From an uncultured Methanosarcinales archaeon (lineage in GTDB: Archaea > Halobacteriota > Methanosarcinia > Methanotrichales > Methanotrichaceae), in the NCBI GenBank assembly GCA_963843555.1, contig CAWJKV010000007.1, forward strand, positions 128,001 to 192,000: a DNA stretch of 64,000 bases. Direction: 5' to 3'. Shown here piece by piece: positions 17,624-28,011 of the stretch (position 1 is its first letter; each line of letters opens with the position of its first letter). The notes below the pieces were generated by a model that was not told the origin of the DNA, did no database searches, and was given only the letters and a program-made list of their open reading frames with translations. Both the position numbers and the translations under genes were made by a program.

Positions 17624-19168
17624 ATGTCAAGAATCCATGAAGGGCCATTAGTTCAGTCGGACTCCGTCACATGTTGGGATGTGCCCATCGCGGAAAATTC
17701 GAGTGGTAGGGATATTATACTCAGCGACTATTCAAAGGCTGCTATCGATAAAACAGTATCCTCTCTATGTCCTGTATGTCTCAAGGTGGTTTCTGCACAC
17801 CTATTTCAGGAGAACGGCAAGGTCCTCATGGAGAAAGAGTGCGATGATCATGGAAATTTTCGGGAGATTTATTGGTCCGATGCAATATCATATAATAGAT
17901 TCATTAAGTATTTGCAGAACGGCCACAAATCAAGCAACTTTGCCACAGAGCAGAAAGGATGCCCTCTTGATTGCGGCATCTGCAAAAATCACATCACGAA
18001 CACTTTACTAGGGAATATTGATCTGACCAGCAGATGCAATATGGCCTGCCCTATATGTTTTGCTGATGCCGGAGGCGACCATCTGGACCCCAATTTGGAC
18101 GAAATTTGGTCTATGATGAAAAACCTCAGAGCAGAAAAACCGGCCCCCTGCCCGGCAGTACAGTTTTCCGGTGGCGAACCGACCCTGAGAGATGATCTGC
18201 CAGAGATAATCAGCATGGCTAAAAAATTGGGTTTTTCGCAGATCCAGATAGCGACTAATGGCCTGCGCCTCGCTAAAAGTCTGGAATTCTGCAAATCGAT
18301 CCAGAAAAGCGGCCTTAACACGGCCTACCTCCAGTTCGATGGTGTAACTGCTGAGCCATATATATCCAATCGCGGCCGGGATGTTCTGCCCATGAAGCTT
18401 CAAGCCCTGGAGAATTTAAAAAAGGCAGGCATGGAAAGCGTGGTGTTGGTTCCAACGCTTGCAAAGGGCATAAACGATCATCAGGTGGGAGAAATAGTTG
18501 GATTCGCCTCCAAAAACCTGGATATAGTGAATGGTGTGAACTTCCAGCCTATTTCTTTCACTGGCAGGATGGATGCAGAGGAAAGAGCAGAAAAAAGGAT
18601 AACCATACCAGATTTCTTTTCCCTTTTAGAGGAGCAGATGAATAACGAGATTACACGGGATGACTTCTATCCCATACCTTTCATAATTCCACTATCAGAT
18701 TTATTGGCCGCACAATCAGATAGAGTCCAACCGGTCTTTACCATTCATCCCTGTTGCGGCGCTGCTACCTACGTTTACAAATTCAATGGCCGTCTGATCC
18801 CCTTGACAAGATTTATCGATGTCGAAGGGCTGCTGGAAAGAATCAGGATAGAGGCTGAGAACTTCAATGGGTCCAGCTTTAGTAAGCTTAAGATGACCGG
18901 CATGATCTTAAAGGAGCTGCCCAAGTTTGTGGATGAGGACCAGGCACCTAGCGATCTGAAATTAACTCGAATGCTCATCCGCATCTTTAGAAATGGGACA
19001 CGTGAATCTTTAAGAGAGTTCCATAAAAAGACACTTTTTATTGGAACCATGCACTTCCAGGATGCCTATAATATTGATCTAGAGAGGCTGCAGAGATGTG
19101 GCATCCATTATGCTCTGCCTGACGGGAGGGTCATACCGTTCTGCGCTTATAATATCATTTACAGGTAG
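17624..19168 (+). CDS. tes: Radical SAM enzyme, tetraether lipid synthase (Tes/GDGT-MAS, MJ0619) family
   Basis: N-terminal SLCPVC..KECDDHG, CPLDCGICKNH, CNMACPIC SAM motif, HPCCG, C-terminal CGIHYALPDGRVIPFCAYN. Confidence 0.8.
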   Translation: MSRIHEGPLVQSDSVTCWDVPIAENSSGRDIILSDYSKAAIDKTVSSLCPVCLKVVSAHLFQENGKVLMEKECDDHGNFREIYWSDAISYNRFIKYLQNGHKSSNFATEQKGCPLDCGICKNHITNTLLGNIDLTSRCNMACPICFADAGGDHLDPNLDEIWSMMKNLRAEKPAPCPAVQFSGGEPTLRDDLPEIISMAKKLGFSQIQIATNGLRLAKSLEFCKSIQKSGLNTAYLQFDGVTAEPYISNRGRDVLPMKLQALENLKKAGMESVVLVPTLAKGINDHQVGEIVGFASKNLDIVNGVNFQPISFTGRMDAEERAEKRITIPDFFSLLEEQMNNEITRDDFYPIPFIIPLSDLLAAQSDRVQPVFTIHPCCGAATYVYKFNGRLIPLTRFIDVEGLLERIRIEAENFNGSSFSKLKMTGMILKELPKFVDEDQAPSDLKLTRMLIRIFRNGTRESLREFHKKTLFIGTMHFQDAYNIDLERLQRCGIHYALPDGRVIPFCAYNIIYR

Positions 19169-19301
19169 GTGATAAATTCGTCAGACATATTAGCATTTGA
19201 AGGATTACGGTTATAAAATAGTTGTGACCGGTGGGAGAGATATTGAACAAGAGGAGAAAATAAAACTCCGTTACGATTCATGATATAATGAGGTGCTGCA
19301 A

Positions 19302-19382
19302 ATGGATTTAAAGCTAATTGCTATGATATTACTGGCATTTGTTATACTGGGCTGGATCAGCTACATTTTACTCGTTCGATGA
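19302..19382 (+). CDS. Putative 26-aa single-TM microprotein
   Basis: GAGGTG RBS; MDLKLIAMILLAFVILGWISYILLVR. Confidence 0.45.
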   Translation: MDLKLIAMILLAFVILGWISYILLVR

Positions 19383-19412
19383 TGCTTAAAAATTAATAAA
19401 AAAAACACTTTT

Positions 19413-19736
19413 TTACTGCAGCCATCTGAAGCCAGGCTTATTGATATTGTTGAAATTCTTGATAGTGCCTACCGCATCGTTCTTGGGCATTTCGCTCTTG
19501 AAGATCTTCGATGCTACGCAGCGCAGAGCCGCTTTCTCCAACAATATGGATTTACTATCCTCAGGCTTATCCACTAGGCCATAATGCTTGAAGAGGTGCT
19601 CCTTATCCGCTTGCTCATGTATATATCCCTCTCCCCACTTAGTCATCATTAGCGATGCCTCATCGAGGAGTTTTTGGTCAAAGCTCTCCGGGATCTGGCA
19701 ATCCTGTATTAGCTTCATGAAATCATCTTTCTTCAT
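19413..19736 (-). CDS. Hypothetical protein
   Basis: 107-aa ORF with GAGGT RBS, downstream of element copy 8. Confidence 0.7.
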   Translation of the reverse strand: MKKDDFMKLIQDCQIPESFDQKLLDEASLMMTKWGEGYIHEQADKEHLFKHYGLVDKPEDSKSILLEKAALRCVASKIFKSEMPKNDAVGTIKNFNNINKPGFRWLQ

Positions 19737-19891
19737 CTTATACCAACCTCAACTTTAAACATTTTTTTAATCCATTTCTATTAAGACATAGCCACTATTA
19801 TGGTTCTATCCTTCTCGGGCCTTATCAACCACTTGTACTTGTGCAACCTCTCCATTCTTCATTTGGATACCATCTTAATGTTACTTATTTG

Positions 19892-19940
19892 GATTTATAG
19901 ATATTTGTGAAACCCTGACAGAAGTATGAAAAGATATGAA
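19892..19940 (-). promoter_or_regulatory. 49-bp conserved promoter element, copy 8
   Basis: Minus strand TTCATATCTTTTCATACTTCTGTCAGGGTTTCACAAATATCTATAAATC. Confidence 0.8.
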
Positions 19941-19980
19941 TAGCCCTTTCAATCGGCCTCAAGCCTACCTCTTATCTACT

Positions 19981-22900
19981 CTACCATTCCTTTATCCGCA
20001 TATTGCTTGTTTTAACGCGGGTTTTCCATATATTATAAATAATCTGCAGACGTTCGTTATCGCTTATCATAGCTTCATCAGCCAGTTTGTGTTCGGTAAG
20101 ATCCTGCTGGAGGCACAGGTATCCTTCCGGTTCTCTGGCTTCTCCCAGGGAAGCAATTATATTTTCAATGTAGATATGCCCTGCTCGACTCGGAGGCATC
20201 TTTTTATCTATGTCGGTATCCTTTGCCTTAGCGGTTTTCATCTTGATCCATCTGCCTTCACTGACAATTTGGCCGTCTTCCAGCTTATGTTTGCTTTCAA
20301 TATCTGCTATTACTTCACGGAATATGTTATACCTCTTATGCTTGCCAGTACCAATCAAGCTCATAATTTTCTCGCTTACCTGGTTGGAATTAACTATAAA
20401 ACCTTCTGAATCATACAGCTGAATGCCGATGGGAGATAGCTCAAAGATCTTCCTGAATCGCTCCTCGCGTTCGCTCAAGTCTTTTTCCATTTTCTTTCTA
20501 TCTGTTATATCCAGGCTTGAACCAATTAAGCATAAAGGTTTGCCCGCTGCATCTTTAACAATGTTTGCAGATAGATGGATATCGAATGTAGAACCGTCTT
20601 TTTTCTTACCGACAATGTCGCCTGACCAGGCTCCTTTTTTGAGTGAGGCATCTATTACTTCATCAATTTCACCAGGATCACCAAAGAACACCCGAGCGGG
20701 CTTACCCAGGACCTCATCCTTTTTGTATCCCCACAGATCTAAGGCAGCCGCATTGACATAGGTAAGAATTCCTTTGGTATCAGCAATAACCGTCGCTGTA
20801 ATTGCAGCCTCGATGGCAGCATCTTTAATCCTCAGGCTTTCCTCCATTTTCCGTTGCTCTGTTATATCTATAACTACACATAGTGCACCCCAATCAGAAA
20901 TAGGAGTGGGAACTGCTTTAGTGTTGGCCCAAACAATTTCCCCATTTTCTTTTTCAATCCCAATTTCGATGTACGGGGTAGGCTTTTTCTCATGCATCGC
21001 CTTTCCTGCAGGGAAATTTTTATATAAATTATCCTCTGTATCCTTTGGATTTGGCAAAATGCTTCCATCAGCCGAGAAGCATTTCCACTCCCAATGTTTT
21101 TTTCGATTTAATTCATCCAGGGACAAATCCGTGAAATCGATGAAGGATTGATTAGCCTCGATAATTCTGCACTCTTTATCTACCACATATATTCCAATAG
21201 GTATAAGATCAAAAATAGCCTTAAGTTTATTCTCGCTTTCCATCAATTTTTTCTGTGCCTTTTTGCTTTCGCTGATATCAACGAATGAGCTGATTATACA
21301 GACGGATCTATCTGATCTATCCTTGACAGTGCTTATGGAGAGGTGAACATCCATGTATGAGCCGTCTTTTTTCCTGAAAACCAGCTCACCCTCCCATCTG
21401 CCAGTTGCAGATATTTGCTTTGCTATTTTATCGGCATCTTTGGGGTATTGCAGGAAATCATGGAGAGAATGCCCCACAATTTCTTCTCTTTCATATCCCA
21501 TCTTCCTCAGCCAGGATTCATTGGCATAGAATAGATCTCCCGACGAATTGGCCAGAGATATGGCATTCAGGGACGATTCAATTGCCTCGTCCTTAATTCT
21601 CAGAGACTTCTCCTTCTCCGCTCGTTCAGTGATATCGCGGGTGACTACTCCTATGCTAAAACCATTCTCCGTCTTTATGGGGAAGAGCACCTCGTGAATG
21701 GTTCTGCGCGTTCCATCAGCTAGCTGGATCTCCTGGTCCTCAAACCATCCCTTCAGGGCTATTCGTCCCTTATCAGTAAGCCGGATCAAAAAGGATTTTA
21801 TCTTCTCGTAATCTTCCTCGGTTTTTTGATCATCCGGAATTAATTGAAACTCGACATCCCATGCAAATTTGCCTAGCACTTCTTCTCGCTTTAAGCCGGT
21901 GATATATTCCTGGGAGTCATTCCATTCTACAATTTTGCCGCTGTAGTCTATAAGGCTTATGCCGTCCTCCGAGTTCTCTACAATGCTGCGGAACTTTTGT
22001 TCGCTCTCTCGCAGCGCCTCATCGATCTGCTTGAGCTTCGTGATCTCCATATGATGCCATAATCGACCGTAGGATTTTCCATCGATGAATATAGGAATAA
22101 AATCTCGCAGGCATGTCTTCCCACCTTGCAGAGAGACTTCCTGACCTTTTACCGGTTGCCCTTGGTTCACGATCTCCTCGATGCGGGCGACTTCCTCATC
22201 TGGATTTAAAAAAGAGTCCTTTATCTTTCCGATAATCTCCTGAGAACCGAGCCCAACTAATTCTTGAGGCGCGTCCTTCAGATCAAATAGGCTGCAGAAT
22301 GCTTGATTGGCATACTCGATTCGATCCTCATCAGTCACAAGCAAGATGCCGGCATACAGGCTGGAAAGAATAGCGTATGAGCGCTGCAAAGTAGTGCGCA
22401 GTTGGTCTTCTGACTTCTTTCCACCGGTGATATCCTCAAAGGTGCTGTAGACCCGGTAAGGTTTTATTTCTCCCGGTAGAAATTGAGGTATAGCATTGAT
22501 ATTTATCCATCTATATTCCATGGCATTAGAGTTGAAGATCCCCATCACAATGTTCTCGACAGTCTTCCCTGTAGCTAAGGCGATCATGGCGGGATGGGTC
22601 TCTCCAGGAAAATCTGAGCCATCTTCATGTATTGCCTTCCACCCTGGATCATTGGATGTCCTGCCTTCAATCTGGCCCGAGGTCAAGCCAAGAATCCTTT
22701 GCGCGGCAGGATTTGCTGAGATTATGTTCCCATTATCATCTTGATATACTACGCCCTGCACCATAGTCTCAAAGAGCAGGCGGTATTGTTCTTCAGATTG
22801 CCTTAGCTGCTCTTCTGCTTTTTTGCGATCGGCAATTACCTGGAAATATACGGATATGCCATTCTCTCTGGGGTACACCCGTACATCATACCAATTTTCA

Positions 22901-23565
22901 TAAGGCTTTACCCCAAAGTAAGTCTCGAAAGAGATAGAGCGTTTTTCTTTATTCGCCCAGTTATATGTATCATCAAAAATGGATCCCTTAATTTCAGGAA
23001 ATGCATCGAATATATTGTATCCAACAACCTCTGGGCCAGTCCGTCCCAGCAGCAACTCCGCAGCTTTATTGAAGTAGGTGATCTTCAGGTTCTCATCCAG
23101 AACAAAAAATCCATCGCTAATGCTTTGGAGAATTTCTTTATATTCCTTCTTTGCTGCATTTGCCTCGCTCTCAGCATTCTTGAGGCTGGTTATATCCAGG
23201 AGAGCAACTTGCATAGCGGTTTTTCCCTGATATTCGATAAAATTTGCCCGCACATCTAACCAGGCAGTGTCCCCATTTTTCCTGATAATTCGAAACTCCT
23301 GACGCAGGGGCAGTTTGTTGCTAGAAATGCCGTCTATCATGGCTCCAAGGATGCTATTTTGGTCATCGGGATAGATCATCGACATGAAATCATTAGCAGA
23401 AAGAGCAAGCATATCCTCCAGAGTATGCCCGGTTATATCGGCCAAGCTCCTATTAGCATAGACCAATTTTTTGTTCTGAATTATTCCCATTCCTAGGAGG
23501 GCGTTATCAATTAATTCACGACAAATTTCCTTATTAAGCTCAATATCCGGGATCTCAGAAGACAT
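19981..23565 (-). CDS. Multi-PAS sensor protein (about nine PAS/PAC repeats, no recognisable output domain)
   Basis: Repeated N...G(Y)..EE..G and DIT(E)RK motifs over 1194 aa; no HisKA/HATPase boxes seen. Confidence 0.85.
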   Translation of the reverse strand: MSSEIPDIELNKEICRELIDNALLGMGIIQNKKLVYANRSLADITGHTLEDMLALSANDFMSMIYPDDQNSILGAMIDGISSNKLPLRQEFRIIRKNGDTAWLDVRANFIEYQGKTAMQVALLDITSLKNAESEANAAKKEYKEILQSISDGFFVLDENLKITYFNKAAELLLGRTGPEVVGYNIFDAFPEIKGSIFDDTYNWANKEKRSISFETYFGVKPYENWYDVRVYPRENGISVYFQVIADRKKAEEQLRQSEEQYRLLFETMVQGVVYQDDNGNIISANPAAQRILGLTSGQIEGRTSNDPGWKAIHEDGSDFPGETHPAMIALATGKTVENIVMGIFNSNAMEYRWININAIPQFLPGEIKPYRVYSTFEDITGGKKSEDQLRTTLQRSYAILSSLYAGILLVTDEDRIEYANQAFCSLFDLKDAPQELVGLGSQEIIGKIKDSFLNPDEEVARIEEIVNQGQPVKGQEVSLQGGKTCLRDFIPIFIDGKSYGRLWHHMEITKLKQIDEALRESEQKFRSIVENSEDGISLIDYSGKIVEWNDSQEYITGLKREEVLGKFAWDVEFQLIPDDQKTEEDYEKIKSFLIRLTDKGRIALKGWFEDQEIQLADGTRRTIHEVLFPIKTENGFSIGVVTRDITERAEKEKSLRIKDEAIESSLNAISLANSSGDLFYANESWLRKMGYEREEIVGHSLHDFLQYPKDADKIAKQISATGRWEGELVFRKKDGSYMDVHLSISTVKDRSDRSVCIISSFVDISESKKAQKKLMESENKLKAIFDLIPIGIYVVDKECRIIEANQSFIDFTDLSLDELNRKKHWEWKCFSADGSILPNPKDTEDNLYKNFPAGKAMHEKKPTPYIEIGIEKENGEIVWANTKAVPTPISDWGALCVVIDITEQRKMEESLRIKDAAIEAAITATVIADTKGILTYVNAAALDLWGYKKDEVLGKPARVFFGDPGEIDEVIDASLKKGAWSGDIVGKKKDGSTFDIHLSANIVKDAAGKPLCLIGSSLDITDRKKMEKDLSEREERFRKIFELSPIGIQLYDSEGFIVNSNQVSEKIMSLIGTGKHKRYNIFREVIADIESKHKLEDGQIVSEGRWIKMKTAKAKDTDIDKKMPPSRAGHIYIENIIASLGEAREPEGYLCLQQDLTEHKLADEAMISDNERLQIIYNIWKTRVKTSNMRIKEW

Positions 23566-23700
23566 AAATGCCGGCCACCTTATCTCGCATATGACTTAGG
23601 ACCAACCTATATTCATAACTTTCTCTCATAAAGGATTTTGCATCAAATTCCCGTTCGATAATTGAATACTTGACTGAATAAATGAGTCGCAGATCAGCTA

Positions 23701-23749
23701 ATCATAACTTTTCATACTTTTATGACATTGCCTCAAATATGTATATAAG
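23701..23749 (+). promoter_or_regulatory. 49-bp conserved promoter element, copy 9 (DUF6325-sulfatase-DUF1622 unit)
   Basis: ATCATAACTTTTCATACTTTTATGACATTGCCTCAAATATGTATATAAG. Confidence 0.85.
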
Positions 23750-23780
23750 TAATTATTCGAATTATAGGGATAGGGGATCT

Positions 23781-24329
23781 ATGATCATGGAAGAAATTCA
23801 AATTTTATTAGTAGGATTTACCGGAGATGACTTTATAAGGAGAGTCCTTCCTGAACTTCGGGCCCTGAGCGAGAAGGGCTTTATCAATATAATCGATCTT
23901 CTCTTTGCAAAGAAAGATATTAAAGGCAATATTTTAGCCTTGAAAAAACGCGAACTAACTGCCGATGAGGCAGTGCGCTTTGGATCCATTGCCGGAACTT
24001 TAATAGGTTTAGATATATTCGATGACGAAGGTGGAACGGATACTTCCGGGATGGAACATATAGCCGTAAAAGAGAGTGATTTTGGATCCGATCTTAAGGA
24101 TATCGCAATTGTTATCGAGAAAATTCCTAAAGACAGTTCATTTGGGATAATTTTAATCGAGTACTGCCGGACTATCGAATTGAAGAAGACCTTAAACGAT
24201 GCAGGCGGAGTGTTGCTGGCCCAGGGGCTGGTATCACCTCTTGCTCTGGCAAATATTGATGCGGAAATAGCTGAATATTTGCGGGCTTCAGCCAAACGTA
24301 AAGAAACGTTAATCGCGCAAGCAAGTTGA
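23781..24329 (+). CDS. DUF6325/DUF1269-like protein
   Basis: IQILLVGFTGDDF...LPELRAL..KGFINIIDLLFAKKD; aligns by eye with 51991-52512; start moved downstream of the promoter element. Confidence 0.75.
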   Translation: MIMEEIQILLVGFTGDDFIRRVLPELRALSEKGFINIIDLLFAKKDIKGNILALKKRELTADEAVRFGSIAGTLIGLDIFDDEGGTDTSGMEHIAVKESDFGSDLKDIAIVIEKIPKDSSFGIILIEYCRTIELKKTLNDAGGVLLAQGLVSPLALANIDAEIAEYLRASAKRKETLIAQAS

Positions 24330-24454
24330 ACAACAGACCGGACCTTCATACCTAAAAACATCCTGGATGCTACCGCCTGAATGATCCTGAGAGTTGAGCA
24401 GTTATTGTAATCCAATTATCTAATTAATTCTCTAAATTTGAATGGTGATACAAA

Positions 24455-26803
24455 ATGGCGAAAAGATGGAATGGAAAGCTGGCAATAGACATTCGTGATG
24501 CTAAACCTGATTGGACCCCGTTCTTGCAGCCCCAGGCGCCGGAAGGAGCGCCCAATATCCTTATGATCGTCTGGGATGATGTAGGTTTCGGGGCTCTCGA
24601 TGTCTATGGAGGGCCTATCGAAGTGCCCAATATGCGCCGCATCTCAGATATGGGCATTCGCTACAACAACTTCCACACAACGGCTCTGTGTTCACCCACC
24701 CGATCCTGTCTGGTCACAGGCAGAAACGCTACCAGCAATAACATGGCTTGCATTACCGAAGCCACAAGTGGATTTCCGGGCTTCAGCGGCCGGATACCTT
24801 TCGAGAATGGCTTCATCTCCGAGGTGCTGAATGAGCGGGGCTGGAATACTTACGCTTTGGGCAAGTGGCATCTGACCCCTGAGGAGGAGACTGATCTATC
24901 GGCCTGGAAAGGGCGCTGGCCGCTTGGAAGAGGCTTTGAACGGTTTTATGGTTTCCTGGGCGCCGAGACTCATCAATGGTACCCGGACCTCGTCTACGAT
25001 AACCACCCTATCGACCAGCCCTATCCTCCTGAGGAGGGCTACCACCTCTCCAAAGACATTACGGACAAGGCTATAGAATTCATCATGGATGCCAAGACAA
25101 TAGCTCCGGAGAAACCCTGGTTCATGTATTTCTGCCCGGGCTGCGCTCATGCTCCGCACCATGTATTCAAAGAATGGGCTGATAAGTACAAAGGCAAGTT
25201 TGACATCGGCTATGAGAAGATCAGGGAGCAGATCCTGGCCAATCAGAAGAAGATCGGTCTCCTGCCGGAGGGCACCAGGCTTTCGCCCATCAATCCTCAT
25301 GGCGAGCCTGATGTGACAGGCCCGGAGGGCCAGCCCTGGCCTAAATTGGACTTCGTGCGCCCCTGGGAATCACTGAGTGAAGAAGAGAAGAGACTCTTCG
25401 TACGTATGGCTGAGGTCTATGCGGGATTTGTATCCTACACAGACAGTGAGATTGGACGGCTGCTTGATCATCTGGTAGAGTCTGGCCAGCTCGAAAACAC
25501 CATAATAGTAGTAGTATCCGACAATGGTGCCAGTGCCGAGGGTGGACCCAATGGTTCATTCAATGAAAACAAAATGTTTAATGGTATACCCGATTCAATT
25601 GAGGACAACCTTGAATTTATCGATGAACTGGGTAGCCCAAAGACTTACAACCACTACTGCAGCGGCTGGGCCTGGGCCTTCGATACTCCGCTACCATACT
25701 GGAAGCGTTATGCGGGTTATGAGGGTGGTTCATCCGATGTCTGTATCATCGCCTGGCCCAAAGGCATAAAGGCCCGGGGAGAGATTCGCAATCAATACAT
25801 CCATGCCATAGACATTGTTCCCACCATCTACGATATGATGGGAATCGAGCCCCCTGAAGAGATCAAGGGATACAAGCAGAGCCCAATAGAAGGAGAGAGC
25901 TTCAAAGCCAGCTTTGATAACCCAAAGGCCCCGGAGCGCGAAATCCAGTTCTATTCCATGCTCGGCCAGCGTGCCATATACCACCAGGGCTGGCTGGCGA
26001 ATACGCTACACCCCACCATATCAGGCTGGAGCAAATTTGAGAAGGACGTCTGGGAGCTCTACAATCTCAAAGAAGATCGTTCTCAAATGCGTAACCTTGC
26101 AGGTCAGAATCCGGGAATGCTCGAAAAGCTCAAAGGGCTCTGGTTCTACTACGCCGGCGTCTACAAGGGACTGCCAATCGACGATCGCAGCCCGCTTGAG
26201 ATCGTCAATACACCACGACCCCAGCCCTCCAAGCCTCGCAACCGCTACATCTACTATCCCCACACGGCTGATGTCCCTGAATCGGTTGCGGTCAATATTC
26301 GCGGCCGATCGTATACAATTGCAGCAGGAGCTCTAATAGATAAGCTCGAAGCCGAAGGGGTGCTCTTCGCCCAGGGCAGCGGCCTGGGAGGTCACAGCCT
26401 GTACATAAAGGATAGGAAGCTGCACTATGTCTACAACTGGCTCGGTGTAGACATCCAGAAGATCACGTCAGATGTGGAGATTCCAACTGGAAAGCACATC
26501 TTCTCAGCCGAGTTCCAGAAGACCGGTCAGGACCCACAAACCAGGAGTTTCCTGGGAACTCTGAACCTCTATATCGATAACAAAAAGGTCGGCGAGGCTG
26601 GGATCAAGACACAGCCCGGCAAGTTCTCAATAGCTGGCGAGGGACTTTGTGTGGGCAGGGACAGCGCTTCACCAGTCTCTCCGGACTATAAGCCGCCCTT
26701 TGCTTTCATCGGTGGAATGATCGAGAAGGTGGCAGTGGATGTAAGCGGTGAGCCATTCGTGGACCATGAAAAGGAGGTTTCGGCCTGGATCATGAAGGAC
26801 TGA
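24455..26803 (+). CDS. Arylsulfatase (Cys-type, FGly-dependent) with C-terminal LamG-like domain
   Basis: PNILMIVWDDVGFG, LCSPTRSCLVTGR, GKWHL, SDNGAS. Confidence 0.93.
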   Translation: MAKRWNGKLAIDIRDAKPDWTPFLQPQAPEGAPNILMIVWDDVGFGALDVYGGPIEVPNMRRISDMGIRYNNFHTTALCSPTRSCLVTGRNATSNNMACITEATSGFPGFSGRIPFENGFISEVLNERGWNTYALGKWHLTPEEETDLSAWKGRWPLGRGFERFYGFLGAETHQWYPDLVYDNHPIDQPYPPEEGYHLSKDITDKAIEFIMDAKTIAPEKPWFMYFCPGCAHAPHHVFKEWADKYKGKFDIGYEKIREQILANQKKIGLLPEGTRLSPINPHGEPDVTGPEGQPWPKLDFVRPWESLSEEEKRLFVRMAEVYAGFVSYTDSEIGRLLDHLVESGQLENTIIVVVSDNGASAEGGPNGSFNENKMFNGIPDSIEDNLEFIDELGSPKTYNHYCSGWAWAFDTPLPYWKRYAGYEGGSSDVCIIAWPKGIKARGEIRNQYIHAIDIVPTIYDMMGIEPPEEIKGYKQSPIEGESFKASFDNPKAPEREIQFYSMLGQRAIYHQGWLANTLHPTISGWSKFEKDVWELYNLKEDRSQMRNLAGQNPGMLEKLKGLWFYYAGVYKGLPIDDRSPLEIVNTPRPQPSKPRNRYIYYPHTADVPESVAVNIRGRSYTIAAGALIDKLEAEGVLFAQGSGLGGHSLYIKDRKLHYVYNWLGVDIQKITSDVEIPTGKHIFSAEFQKTGQDPQTRSFLGTLNLYIDNKKVGEAGIKTQPGKFSIAGEGLCVGRDSASPVSPDYKPPFAFIGGMIEKVAVDVSGEPFVDHEKEVSAWIMKD

Positions 26804-26891
26804 ATCGGAGAGGTTGACTCAGGGGCCAAAGGGCCATCCAGTCAATTCTTTCTCCGAGTGGATGCAGATGATTTAGAAGGGGGGAACGCAT

Positions 26892-27338
26892 ATGTCTACA
26901 GAGGTTGTAGCGACAAGTAACGCGACTGCAGGGGCTGCAGCAGCGAGCCATGAAATCGGCGTTTGGATTGAACTATCGGTACGTCTGATAGAGGCAATTT
27001 CGGTCATCGTAATCGTTCTTGCCATTCTTTATGCGACCTATATCTTCATTCGCAGGGCGACAGGCCGCAAGGGCACAAAGGACCCCATCGAGGAGTACAA
27101 AGAAAGAATTGGGAAATCCCTTCTGTTGACTCTGGAAATTCTGGTTGCCGCAGATGTGATCGAGACTGTTGCATTTTCGAAAACGATGGAGAGCGTAGTG
27201 CTATTAGGTGTGCTTGTTATAGTCAGGATTCTCCTGAGCTGGTCTATAGTTGTGGAGATGGAAGGAACCTGGCCCTGGAGGAAAAAAGAATTCGATTTAA
27301 AAGCTGAACAGAAGGCGGCTGCCTCAAAGAAGGAATAA
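26892..27338 (+). CDS. DUF1622 family membrane protein
   Basis: IGKSLLLTLEILVAADVIETV...LGVLVIVRILLSWSIVVEMEGTWPW. Confidence 0.88.
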   Translation: MSTEVVATSNATAGAAAASHEIGVWIELSVRLIEAISVIVIVLAILYATYIFIRRATGRKGTKDPIEEYKERIGKSLLLTLEILVAADVIETVAFSKTMESVVLLGVLVIVRILLSWSIVVEMEGTWPWRKKEFDLKAEQKAAASKKE

Positions 27339-27345
27339 AATCATC

Positions 27346-27917
27346 TCAGCTATTGCCAGTGGATGCGATTAGCTGAGTCTCATTTTTTATGATAACCTCT
27401 GCGTTTTTCAGGGCGTTATAAGTCCTTATATCCAGCTTATATGGCTGAAGCTCGTATAAAAAAACCTCTGTAGGATCCCATATGGCCATCCAGATGAGAA
27501 TGGTGAGAAAACCAACAAAGACTGCAAGAAGGGTGTCACCTAAGGCATCCAATCGATAAACTGTTAGAGCCACCAACAGACAAAACGCGGAAAAAATCAG
27601 TCCAATCGTCAATGCCCGCCAGCCAGCAGCCCGTCCTATCTCAAGCTGGCGGTGGTTCTCCGATATTTTAAAATCACAATACCTGGATAAAGCATCTGCT
27701 GTCCTGTCTGGAGATCGGGCTCGATCTGCTCGCTGGGAAGGAAGATGGTTAGCCTTATCCTGTCCACCTTCCTCTTTTTTGTTCTTAGATAATTGGCCGC
27801 TTCTTCCGCCCCGGATATTTGCAGCCTCTGATAGGCAAAGGGATTCAATTCCGGGTCTACAAACAGGTGCTTAATTTCCTCTAGATGCAAATCAATATCT
27901 AAATAGGAAGTTTCCAT
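27346..27917 (-). pseudogene. Frameshifted membrane protein (or sequencing error)
   Basis: ORF 27636-27917 continues in another frame near 27707 (RTADALSRYCDFKISENHRQLEIGRAAGWRALTIG) into ORF 27346-27612. Confidence 0.7.
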
Positions 27918-28011
27918 GGCTGTGCACCTTTTGATCTTCTCCCGTTAAATGTGCATTTAATATAAACTTGATGCACAATCTGGATCAAGGTCTTGCAGGA
28001 GAGCTGGAGTC

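Noticed and set aside
17624..19168. Radical SAM gene as the anaerobic sulfatase maturase
   Set aside because: Cys pattern matches the Tes/MJ0619 family, not the SPASM-domain anSME
23612..23633. Partial element look-alikes (also near 29050, 47375 and 50848)
   Set aside because: Only one or two half-sites match and the fixed-distance TATA block is missing
23682..23780. N-terminal extension of ORF 23682-24329
   Set aside because: Overlaps promoter element copy 9; similarity to the paralog starts at ATG 23781/23787
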